DNA of 64,000 nt from Callorhinchus milii (taxonomy: Eukaryota), in the NCBI RefSeq assembly GCF_018977255.1, contig NW_024704743.1, forward strand, positions 24,802,001 to 24,866,000, in the 5' to 3' direction. The notes beneath the pieces are model-generated. The model saw nothing but the letters and a program-made list of their open reading frames with translations, ran no database searches and was not told the DNA's origin. Position 1 is the first letter of the stretch, and each line of letters begins with the position of its first letter. The translations under genes and the position numbers were made by a program. Below are positions 1-11,400 of this stretch, piece after piece.

Positions 1-15
1 GCTTGTGGAGGGAAA

Positions 16-1400
16 TGTTACGTGCTCAACAAACAATGTGTAGAACACGCTTATTTCAGCTCACCAGTTACAAAATCAAAAGTCCAACCAAAATTCCTCT
101 ATTCAGTTCTCCCTTCTTTGCTGCTTTTCTACCTCCTGATCACCTTCCATTGGTCCTAGTCAATTGGTACTTATTGTCTTAATGAGTATCCAACATCTTC
201 CCCTTTTTGGTCTCTTCTGTTTTTAATTTGTGTCTCAGTCTTGTTCAATTAATCTCCTTGTTGGTTTTACTACTCTGCCTGATCTGGTGGTTATTGATGT
301 TTCTGGCATCCTCGGATCTTCCTTCTGCTCTTCGTTTTCTTCCTCGGTCCTTCTTTGGCCAATTTCCCGTGATGTCCTGTATATTTTTCCTTTATCACTT
401 TTAAGCCAATATGATATTGGGTTTTTAGCCTTCTTTCAAATTTCCCCTTTTGTCCAACCTTCTGTATTTCAGTTTTTCTTGCTGAACCATATTCTCTCTC
501 CTCTTTAAATGGTTTCTCCTTTCCTGGTTGTGTTTTCCTTCCATTTCTATTGTGTTGTACCTGTGGTCTCAATATTTTCTCTTCCGAGATTAACAAATCT
601 CTTAACCTTTTTGACATCAGTATTTGTGTTGGTGAGTGTTTCTCATTGTCTTTCGACATGTCTCTATAGGTCACAATTGCCAGGTGCTTATCTGCCTTTG
701 CATTTTCTGACTTCTTTCACATTTTCTTGACAGCCGGTGTTTCTTGTTCCAACAGACCATTGCTTTGGGATATCCTGGTGAAGTTGTTTTGTCATTTTCC
801 ACTGCCTTGTGAATGTCTTGTGTTCCTTGCTTGAAAATTGGAGTCCGTTGTCACTAATTATCTCCTTTGGCATTCTATGTCGGGCAAAGATTTCCTTGTT
901 TTTTCCACTATAGTTTCAGATGTTCTGTCATTCAACTCTTTCATCAATCCCCTTTTCCCCCAAACTGGTTGATTTTTTCCAGTATTTCATCCATCTCCAT
1001 TTGTTTGTAGTCTTCTGTTTCCACACTCCAAATTTTTTTGAGCAATCCCATTTCAATGATATCTTGCAGTCCGAGCAGAGTATCAGCTTTTAATTTTACA
1101 ATGTGAAACTTTATCTTATATGCTTTATCTTTGTACTATCTCTCCTTTGTTATAGGCCAATAGTCTGCTGCTGCCTTTTTCTAATTTGTCTTTATTGGGT
1201 TCTCCCAGCTGGGTATACTCTTCTAATGACATTACACTGGTCTGAGCTCTTGTATCCACTTTGCACCTTAACTATTTTCTTTCTTCCGTGCACCATAGCG
1301 ATATCATCCACTCCTTTTTCTGTATGCACTCTCTTAGTAATTTTTATTGCATCAATATTATATATCAATTCGTCCTTATTGTCTTAATAAGTATCCAACA
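16..1400 (-). mobile_element. Internally deleted Gypsy-type LTR retrotransposon
   Basis: 3' LTR at 16-195 (TGTTGG...GTAACA) preceded by the polypurine tract AAAAAGGGGAAGA. 5' LTR start at 1375-1400 is 25/26 identical to 170-195. Integrase remnant PKEIISDNGLQFSSKE (688-873) and protease remnant CKVDTRAQ (about 1240-1265). Flanks are ggaaa/ggaag. Confidence 0.8.
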
Positions 1401-1429
1401 GGAAGAGTTGGTGTAGTCGAGCCAAGATT

Positions 1430-2340
1430 CGATCAATGCGTGGATGAGGCCTGAGTGGGGAGGCAGTGGCGGAGCCGGGCGATGTTCCGGAGGTAAGGAA
1501 AAACAGAGCGGGTCATGGCATGGATGTGGAGTAGAAAGGGCAGTTGAGGATCAAACAAGATGCAATGGATCCCGACTGGCTCAGTGAGGTGGGGTGTGCA
1601 TCCATGGATGATGATCCTGTCAGCACTTGAGGTGAGGAGGCACTGACGGGAGCCAATCAGGAGAGCCTCGGTCTTGTTGACGTTCAACTGTAGAAAGTTT
1701 GCTCTCATCCAGGACTTGATATCTGACAGACATTCTGTCAGGACAACAGTGGTCCTGCAGTCAAGGGTGGAGGCAAGGTGTCATCCGCATGCATGTAAAA
1801 GTTGAACCCTTGTCTGGGGATAATGTCACCAAGAGGGAGCATGTACAAGTTGAAGAGGAGGGGACCACGGACAGAGCCCTGAAAAACGCCACACGAAATG
1901 GTGTGGTTGCTGGAGGAGAAGCCATTGGTCGAGACGGTGTGAGAGGTAAGATCTGAACCACTTAAGGACAGAACTGTGAAGGTTGAGGTGAGAGGAGAGG
2001 CAGTGGAGGAGGATAGAGTGGTCAACAGTATCAATGGCAGCAGAGAGTTCAAGGAGGACGAGGAGACAGAGACAAGAACGTCAACAAGACCCTGGTCACA
2101 GATGGACAGAACGTCATTTGTCAATTTCACCACGGCTGCTTCTGTGCTGTGGGCGGCACGGAAACCCGATTTGAGGGATTCGTGTAGGGAGTGGCGAGGA
2201 GAGGAAGGAGCGAAGCTGGGAAGCAACGATTCATTCAAGGGCCTTCGAAAGGAAAGGTTGGAGATGGGGCGGTAATTCGAGAGCAGGGATGGGTCCGGGG
2301 AAGGTTTTTTTTGAGGATAGGGGTGATGATGGCTACTTTA
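1430..2340 (-). mobile_element. L2 LINE fragment (RT region, degenerate)
   Basis: [43 protein letters not shown]. Confidence 0.85.
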
Positions 2341-2611
2341 AGAAATGATTGTGGTACAGAAATGTTGAGCAGAAACAAAGATATAGGTCGGTATTTGACG
2401 AGAAATAAAATCTGTATGCTGGTTCAACAATGTTAAGCCCGGCTTGCTGGGGTTTTCCGCGGCAAGTCTAATATTGACACGGTATTAGCAGCAATCTTTG
2501 AAAACTCTTCAAATTAATCAGTAATAATGGTCTGTTGATGGTTATAGCCTGGGCCGATAGAAAAGTGCGCCCCGCCCCACCGTGACACACACAGCCTCCT
2601 CTGTATATCGC

Positions 2612-3090
2612 ACCTCCGCTACACACACACACCCCCCTCCGCTACACACACACACCCAACTCCGCTACACACACACACCCAACTCCGCTACACACACACA
2701 CCCAACTCCGCTACACACACACACCCAACTCCGCTACACACACACAACTCCGCTACACACACACAACTCCGCTACACACACACAACTCCGCTACACACAC
2801 ACACCCACCTCCGCTACACACCCCCGCCCCGTTATAAATATCCAACTCTGCCACACACACACCCTCCGCTACACACACCCAACTCCGCTACACACACCCA
2901 ACTCCGCTACACACACCCAACTCCGCTACACACACCCAACTCCGCTACACACACCCAACTCCGCTACACACACCCAACTCCGCTACACACACCCAACTCC
3001 GCTACACACACCCAACTCCGCTACATGCACCCCCTCTGCCACACACACCCAACTCCGCCACACGCACCCCCTCCGCTACACGCACACACA
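2612..3090 (+). repeat. Minisatellite of about 20-24 bp units, CAACTCCGCTA(CA)nCC
   Basis: About 20 visible tandem units with a variable CA run. Confidence 0.95.
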
Positions 3091-3192
3091 GCTTCTGCTA
3101 TACAAATCCCCCTTCACTGCACACACACCTATGCTACACGCCTGTCTCTCTCTGTCTGTCTGTGTGTGTGTTTGTGAATGCGTATCTCTATA

Positions 3193-4710
3193 TCTGTGAG
3201 GGCGCGCGTCTCGCTGCGTCTGTGAGGGCGCGCGTCTCGCTGCGTCTGTGAGGGCGCGCGTCTCGCTGCGTCTGTGAGGGCGCGCGTCTCGCTGCGTCTG
3301 TGAGGGCGCGCGTCTCGCTGCGTCTGTGAGGGCGCGCGTCTCGCTGCGTCTGTGAGGGCGCGCGTCTCGCTGCGTCTGTGAGGGCGCGCGTCTCGCTGCG
3401 TCTGTGAGGGCGCGCGTCTCGCTGCGTCTGTGAGGGCGCGCGTCTCGCTGCGTCTGTGAGGGCGCGCGTCTCGCTGCGTCTGTGAGGGCGCGCGTCTCGC
3501 TGCGTCTGTGAGGGCGCGCGTCTCGCTGCGTCTGTGAGGGCGCGCGTCTCGCTGCGTCTGTGAGGGCGCGCGTCTCGCTGCGTCTGTGAGGGCGCGCGTC
3601 TCGCTGCGTCTGTGAGGGCGCGCGTCTCGCTGCGTCTGTGAGGGCGCGCGTCTCGCTGCGTCTGTGAGGGCGCGCGTCTCGCTGCGTCTGTGAGGGCGCG
3701 CGTCTCGCTGCGTCTGTGAGGGCGCGCGTCTCGCTGCGTCTGTGAGGGCGCGCGTCTCGCTGCGTCTGTGAGGGCGCGCGTCTCGCTGCGTCTGTGAGGG
3801 CGCGCGTCTCGCTGCGTCTGTGAGGGCGCGCGTCTCGCTGCGTCTGTGAGGGCGCGCGTCTCGCTGCGTCTGTGAGGGCGCGCGTCTCGCTGCGTCTGTG
3901 AGGGCGCGCGTCTCGCTGCGTCTGTGAGGGCGCGCGTCTCGCTGCGTCTGTGAGGGCGCGCGTCTCGCTGCGTCTGTGAGGGCGCGCGTCTCGCTGCGTC
4001 TGTGAGGGCGCGCGTCTCGCTGCGTCTGTGAGGGCGCGCGTCTCGCTGCGTCTGTGAGGGCGCGCGTCTCGCTGCGTCTGTGAGGGCGCGCGTCTCGCTG
4101 CGTCTGTGAGGGCGCGCGTCTCGCTGCGTCTGTGAGGGCGCGCGTCTCGCTGCGTCTGTGAGGGCGCGCGTCTCGCTGCGTCTGTGAGGGCGCGCGTCTC
4201 GCTGCGTCTGTGAGGGCGCGCGTCTCGCTGCGTCTGTGAGGGCGCGCGTCTCGCTGCGTCTGTGAGGGCGCGCGTCTCGCTGCGTCTGTGAGGGCGCGCG
4301 TCTCGCTGCGTCTGTGAGGGCGCGCGTCTCGCTGCGTCTGTGAGGGCGCGCGTCTCGCTGCGTCTGTGAGGGCGCGCGTCTCGCTGCGTCTGTGAGGGCG
4401 CGCGTCTCGCTGCGTCTGTGAGGGCGCGCGTCTCGCTGCGTCTGTGAGGGCGCGCGTCTCGCTGCGTCTGTGAGGGCGCGCGTCTCGCTGCGTCTGTGAG
4501 GGCGCGCGTCTCGCTGCGTCTGTGAGGGCGCGCGTCTCGCTGCGTCTGTGAGGGCGCGCGTCTCGCTGTGTCTGTGAGGGTGCGCGTCTCGCTGTGTCTG
4601 TGAGGGTGCGCGTCTCGCTGTGTCTGTGAGGGTGCGCGTCTCGCTGTGTCTGTGAGTGTGCGCGTCTCTGTGTCTGTGAGTGTGTGCGTCTCTCTGTGTC
4701 TGTGAGCATA
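3193..4710 (+). repeat. 26-bp CpG-rich minisatellite TCTGTGAGGGCGCGCGTCTCGCTGCG, about 53 near-identical copies plus degenerate units
   Basis: Read directly from the sequence; 3193-4570 = 53 units; units decay from 4570 to 4710. Confidence 0.98.
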
Positions 4711-5402
4711 TGTGTCGCTCTCTCTTTCTGTGAGTCTGTGTGATTATGTGTGTGTGTATCTCTCTCTCACTGGGTGCGGTAACGGGCCCCAAGAAGCACG
4801 AGTGGGTGACCTCCTGGAGCCCGTCAGTCAGGGCTAATTTCCCCCCTCGCCCCAAGTGGGCCACCCAGTTTTTGTTAAAGTAAACATTAATTTTTTTGCA
4901 ACAATCTAATATGTGTTATTTCTTCATGTTTAGTTTCTATCAATAAAGTGAAAAAATGTTGGTTGGCAGTAAGATATGCCTCACAAAAGCTTACAATTTT
5001 CTCCCATATTTGTCAAATTTCCCTGCTATTTTTGGCAAATATTTCCAGTTTCTGTTGGATCAGGTTGTAGCTCAAAAACATGACAGCTCTGCATTTTCAA
5101 CAGATTTACAGTACTCGGTCAGTCAGAAATAGCAGCCAAACGACTTAACATTTGCAAACAGACAGTGATTATTTCACCATCAGAATGAGTATTTTTATCT
5201 TGCTGAAAAGCTTACAAACATACATATCACTTGTCTAAGCAACAGGCCTTTTCTCTTATACTTGTGTACTGCTAACAAACATTTTGGATCCACTATAATA
5301 GGGGGAGGTGCACTGTAAGGAGCAATACAGTATAGCCTGTCACAAACTGTGCAACAGAGATTAATTTACCTCATACAATCGGAATAACAAAGAAAATATT
5401 AC

Positions 5403-5447
5403 CTGCTCCCCTGTGATTCCATTAAATTCGTTTACCCCTTCTTCACC
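5403..5447 (-). CDS. col6 triple-helix exon, [15 protein letters not shown]
   Basis: 45 bp; acceptor ctccacag, donor CAG|gtaat. Confidence 0.85.
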
Positions 5448-8400
5448 CTGTGGAGAGAAAAACAATGTTGAGGTTAAATTGATAAGAAAGTTTCTTTGCA
5501 AGTGCTGTCCCATGAAGACGAAAGTATCGTATCACAACAATCAGGGCTGGGTCCCAGCTTTTTACCCAATATATTAATGAACTGGACATAGGGAGAGAGG
5601 GATAATGGTAACTAAGAAAGTAAAATACTGCAAAAGGATGTAGACAAATTATGGGAAAGGGCAGAACAATGGTAGATGAAGAAGGCCTTTTTGCCCATCT
5701 TATCTCATCCTTCCAGAATACCTACCCTACCATCCGCCCATCACAGCATCAAGCATTTTTTTTAAAAATTAGTCAAATCACCTGGTTTCAACCATCTTTC
5801 CTGTTAAGCTATTCCAGTCGTTACTTATTCTCTGGGTAAACAAACACATAATGTCTGTCCTGAAATTATCCTTTGCAAGTCTCAACTTCTCTCCCTTCGT
5901 TCTGATGTCTAAGTATATCCAATATACTGACTGAGCTTCCTTTCTCAATGACATTTAAAATGTTATACATCTCTGTACGGTCCCACCCGAGTCTCCTCTT
6001 TTCAAGTGTTAAGAGGCTTAGCGTGTTTAATTGCTAAACAGAGCTCATTCCTCTATCATTAGAGATCATCCTCATTGTTCTCTCCGGCACTTTTTATGGA
6101 CTCATGGAGTCCTGTAGCTCAGTGGTTAGAGCACTTGCCTCGCAAGCGAGAGACCTGATTTTGATTCCCAGCAAGTTTCTTTACTCCACACGTTTACCTA
6201 GCATTAAGTAGGAACCCAGTTCTTAATTGATTGTTTTTCCAGGAGTAATAATTCTTTCAAAAAAAATAATAATTTGGTCACTCAATCCCTGCAATCTCCG
6301 ACTGTTTCTGGACACTGCTGTGCGCAATTGTCTGCCGCATTTCGCCCACAAAATATAGAGTCAATTCACTTTACAGTATGTTCTGTGAAGCGCTTTGAGA
6401 CATCTCAAAGACGTGATAAGGCGCTATATCAAATGCAAGGATTATTATTATTGTTGTTATAAGGCTTGGGTATCCCCATCTGGTCACAGGGAGCAGAACT
6501 GGACATTGGTAGGACATCTCATGTAGAAGGCAATATAAGAAAAAACTGGTACACGTTTAAGACAAACACCTTTAAGGTTTCATTCAACTTCAAAACCAAC
6601 GTATTTACCTTTTCTCCTTGATACCCTCTTGCTCCCTGAAAGAGAAGATTTGTTTGGTTAATAACAACAACAAGGTTACATTTGTATAGTGCATTTCACA
6701 TCGGGAGGACGCCAAGGTGCTGGACAGTGTACAGCATTTCAGACCCGAGCTGGGGTCAGGGAGGGAGAAGGGAGGGGAGGGGAAGGGGGGTGAACCCCTT
6801 TCCACTCCCATGGGTTGTCGAAGTGGAAGGTCTTGAGGTGGGACTTGAAGGAGACTAAGGAGGGGACGAGGCGGAGTGAATGGGGGATGAAATTACAGAG
6901 GTTGGGGGCAGAGTGGCTGAAGGCTGTCCCGCCAATGGTGGGGCGGGTGGGTCGGAGGACGTGGAGCAGACCAGAGCCAGCTGAGTGGAGGAAACGGGCG
7001 GCTTGGTAGGGGGTTAGGAGGCCGCAGAGGTAGGGTGGGCGAGACCATTGAGGGCTTTGTAGGTGAGGACCAGGATTTTGAACTGGTTCCTCTGAAGGAT
7101 AGGGAGCCAGTGGAGTCAGGCGAAAATGGGGGAGATGGGGTCACGGAGTTTGATGCGGGAGAGGACACGGGCTGCAGAGTTCTGGATTATCTGCAGCCTG
7201 TGGAGGGAGAATTTGGGAAGACAACAAGCAGGGCGTTTGCATAGTCGAGCCTGGAGGTGATGAAGGCATGAACAAGAGTTTCAGCGGCTTGAGGGGTGAG
7301 GTAGTGGCAGAGTCGGGCGCTGTTACGGAGGTGAGTGAAGGCAGAGCGGGTCATGGCTTGGATGTGGGGAAGAAAGACAGTTGAGGGTCGAACAAGACAC
7401 CTAGGCTCCTGATGGCTTGGTGAGTTATAGTGTGCAACCATGGAGGTTGATGCTGCCAGAGCCTGAGGTGCAGAGGCTCTGGTGTGAGCCAATCAGGAGG
7501 GCCTCGGTCTTGTTCACATTCAACTGTAGGAAATTTGCCCTCATCCAGGACTTGATGTCCGACAGACAGTCTGTCAGGACAGCAGTGGTCCTGGAGTTGA
7601 GGGTGGAGGCAGAAAGATAGAGTTGGATGTCATCCGCATACAGATGGAAGTTGACCCCATGTCTGCGGATGATGTCACCAAGGGGGAGCATGTAGATATT
7701 AAAGAGGCGAGGGCCAAGGACAGAGCCCTGGGGGACGCCAGATGTGACAGTGCGGGGCTGGAGGAGAAACTGTTAGAGGCAACAAAGTGGAGACGGTAAG
7801 AGAGATAGGATTCGATCCAGGCAAGGGCACGCCCGTGAAGGTTAAGGCAAATATTCAGTCAAAACATGACTACTGTAATGTATTAGTTCAATTGATACAT
7901 ATTTATCTAAGCCCTTGCCTTAGGGCCTCTAGGACCTTGACATCCTTCAGTTCCTTCAGTTCCATTAATACCTGGAAAACCTCTGTCACCCTAAAAAAAA
8001 AAAAAAATTTTATTTACATTAAAGAGGGTACTACATCATTTTCCTGCAATCATCATAACTTTAACAAACATTTGATTGCCAATGAGGCTGGAGGTTCCAG
8101 TGATAGGTATAGACTGAGTTGATTAAATACACTATGCAATGCACAAAACACTTTGACTCCATGCTCCCAGGTAGTGGAAATGTGGCCTTGGGAGGACAGA
8201 GGCAATGGTTGAATAATGGAGACTATCACTATAAAAATGTAATGAAAAGATCACTTGTCTTAGCAATTGACCTGTTCAACTCCGATAATTTAGAGCTTCC
8301 ATTTTATATTTCACAAACTTTAAAATTTATCAACTTACGGTGTCTCCTTCTTCCACTGGATAACCAGGAACTCCCTTTGGACCTTCAATTCCCTGCAATA

Positions 8401-11400
8401 AGATCAATATATAAGCATTTGAGCTCCAATTAGAGAGAGTGTTTCTAATTGTCGCTTTCCTGTTTTTCTTAAATTGAATAAACAGCCTTAACACAAGAAA
8501 TTGGAAGTGCTTTAAGTTCACAATAGAAATTCCTGTCAGGAGGAGGGGGTGGGGTAATTCACTAAGTTGGCAATAAGTTTAACCAACCTACAATGGCAAA
8601 ATCTCATTATAAATTCACACCACCAAATTGGATAGGATCTTTACCAACCATCAGCTTACTTACCAATGTTGGTAGATTTTCTAGCAACTGGAGAAATATC
8701 CCAGAGTTAATATGTTTAAACATTTTTATATTTTTCAAGTACATTCTAACAAGGCCCATTCTGTACTATGTCTTACCTTAAATCCTTGACCTCCCTGAAG
8801 ACCACGTGCACCTGGTTGTCCTATACACTTGCAAAACACATTGCAACATTTTCTTTCTGCAACTGTGTCCTGGAGAAAGAAAACATTCAAGGGCAATTTA
8901 AACGGAGCTTTTCAGATTCTCCTGAATTTGGCAAATTCTTTAATTCTTTAACGCTGTCTTCATTTTGAAGCCAGTTTTCTGTAGGTTCTTTTAAGAAATG
9001 CAGAAAACTGACATTAAACTTAATGTCTTAATTGAACATTCCAAAATGCTACATAAATAGAGTATGTCAGCCTGGCTCAGTTAGTAGCAATGGTTGTGGG
9101 TTTAGGCTCCACATTGAGACTTGGAATCCATATAATCCAGGCTGACACTACATTACACAACATTTTGGAAGTGCCATCCTTCAGATGAGACATTACATTG
9201 AAGTGGCCATTAAAGTTACCATGACACTATTTGAAAATAGAATGGAATTTCTCCCGGTCTCCTGGTCAACAATACCTACATAAAATTAAACAAAAGGCAA
9301 AGTTGCAATGCCACAAATAAAAGGCAATGCCTCAAATAAAATTGGTCACTCACTCCATGGCTGCTTTGGGACATTGCTGAACGCAAAATTACGAAGTATA
9401 CAATCGGTATATTTTACAGTATAACTTGTGAAGCACTTTGAGACGTCCTTACAACATGAAAGAAGCTATATCAAATGTATGGATTATTATTATTTTAATA
9501 ATAGTAAATTTAGACCTAGGTTGAATTTGTTCTCACATATCATTTTATATGTAATGGATGAGCAACAAATAATTCGACATGATGCACCAACCAAAGAATT
9601 TTTTACTAAACTTGATATTCAGCAAAACTGGATGATAACCAACGAGAAATGGGAAAGGACTTCAGATAGATGGAGCAATGTATTAACATTTCCCAGGAAG
9701 TCTTTAAAAATATATATTTTTTTAGAAAATAATAATATGTTGGTGTTTCTTAAATTGAAAGTCAACCAGCCATCCGGGGGAGAGCTTAGAACAAAAGGAA
9801 AACAAGCCTTTAGTAAACCAAATGGTTAACCAGGTATACTTTGTTTGTTATTTAATTTTTTTTGCTAAATTATGTTGATTCAAATTAAATTACAGATTTT
9901 AAAAAGAAATTACTAAAAATGAAAAACCTGTTTTAATGTCGCCCTAAATAGTCACTTACAATTTCTGTGAGCAAAGCACTTCCTATATCACGCATCCCAA
10001 TTGTCAATCGCCGTCTATATCCAAATCCTCGTCCAAACTCTATGTTTAGAATGTCATCAAGGCTTGGTGTATTTTCCAGAGCAACAGTGATTAGCATATT
10101 CACACCTAGCACAGAGTAAAGCAAGTCCCACATGTTACTGAAATTATTTGCATTACCAATGGATAGCACAACAGTCCTATTTTTATTACTAGTATCATCA
10201 CTGCCAGTTAACCTGTTATGTCATTCACCAGGACTGAATTGTCTTTCATGTTTCATTCATTCTTTCACAATGAGGTGGATGATGACCGAGTCATGTCACC
10301 AAACTGACAAAGGTATTCATTCTTTCAGATTAACCGCAGTTTGATAATTTATAAATTATGAACTATAAAAAATGTAATTGCAATTTGGACATTCTAAAAT
10401 GCTACATAAATAGACCTGGGTAGAATTTCTCCCCAATTTTGTTTTAGAGCTACATTTTTTCCCAAGAGTCTTTCTCTGTTTTTCGAAACGTCCACAATTA
10501 TATTATTATGACCACTGATAGGCTTGAGCTCTCAACTTTATATTGGCCAGTAGTGGCAAGAGAGGAGAAGGAAGTTCTCTTGTGCAAACTGCTATTTCCA
10601 TACTGCAGACCTTTCAATGTCATGGAATAGAAGGCACAATTAAAAGGAAGATTATTTGGAAAATTCTGGATACCTGCACATTCCTCCAATAAATTATACA
10701 ATAATTGTAGGAATTAACCTTAAATTTCCCATTAACATTTCCATTATTTATTCTAGTGGGGAGGACATTTCTTTGTTTCAAATCTGCTGACTTCTTTGAA
10801 CTAAAAGAGAATTCATCTCTGTTTAATAAGAGCGGTACTGCCCCACAGTGGAGGCTTGCTTAAACTTCTTCAGCAGTAACACGTGTTAAAATCCAAAATA
10901 AAAAAACAAAATCTTTTATTTTTAAATCACTGATTAGTTACTTGTTACGTATAGTTCTACTTGAGCTCTGTCTCCTTTCAGGACTCTTCTTAATTGCTGT
11001 CTTAAAGTGATCCCTAAAATAGTAAGTTTTTCCCCATTGTAAAGATGTAACAAAAAGGCTGCTATTTCAAGCTATGATTGTAAGAAAAAAACATTAAAGA
11101 TTTAAACGCAGAACTAATTACCATCAAGCTTGAGTCTGTCTGATGTTTCCTTGAGTCTGTCCATGCTGTCATCTGCTCCATCTGTAAAAATCACAATCAC
11201 CTGCAAAGAGATTTTTTTTATTTAAAGAAACTCTTGGAAAAAGTTGTCTATAAAATTATAACCTTGAATATAGCTAGAGTACCACCCCATAGGTTCCAGC
11301 ACTCACTGATGCTTTACCTAAATAGTCGTTTGTAACCTGGATAACATAATTTGACCACAAGGCACCATTGCCTTCTGCCAAATCTACTGATCTCACTCCA

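Noticed and set aside
2582..3199. 205-aa His/Thr-rich ORF
   Set aside because: It is a translation of the CA-rich minisatellite.
3193..4570. CRISPR-like array
   Set aside because: The repeats are contiguous with no unique spacers and no cas genes, in a vertebrate context.
3129..4864. 526-aa and 558-aa ORFs
   Set aside because: They are translations of the stop-free 26-bp minisatellite and are open in several frames.
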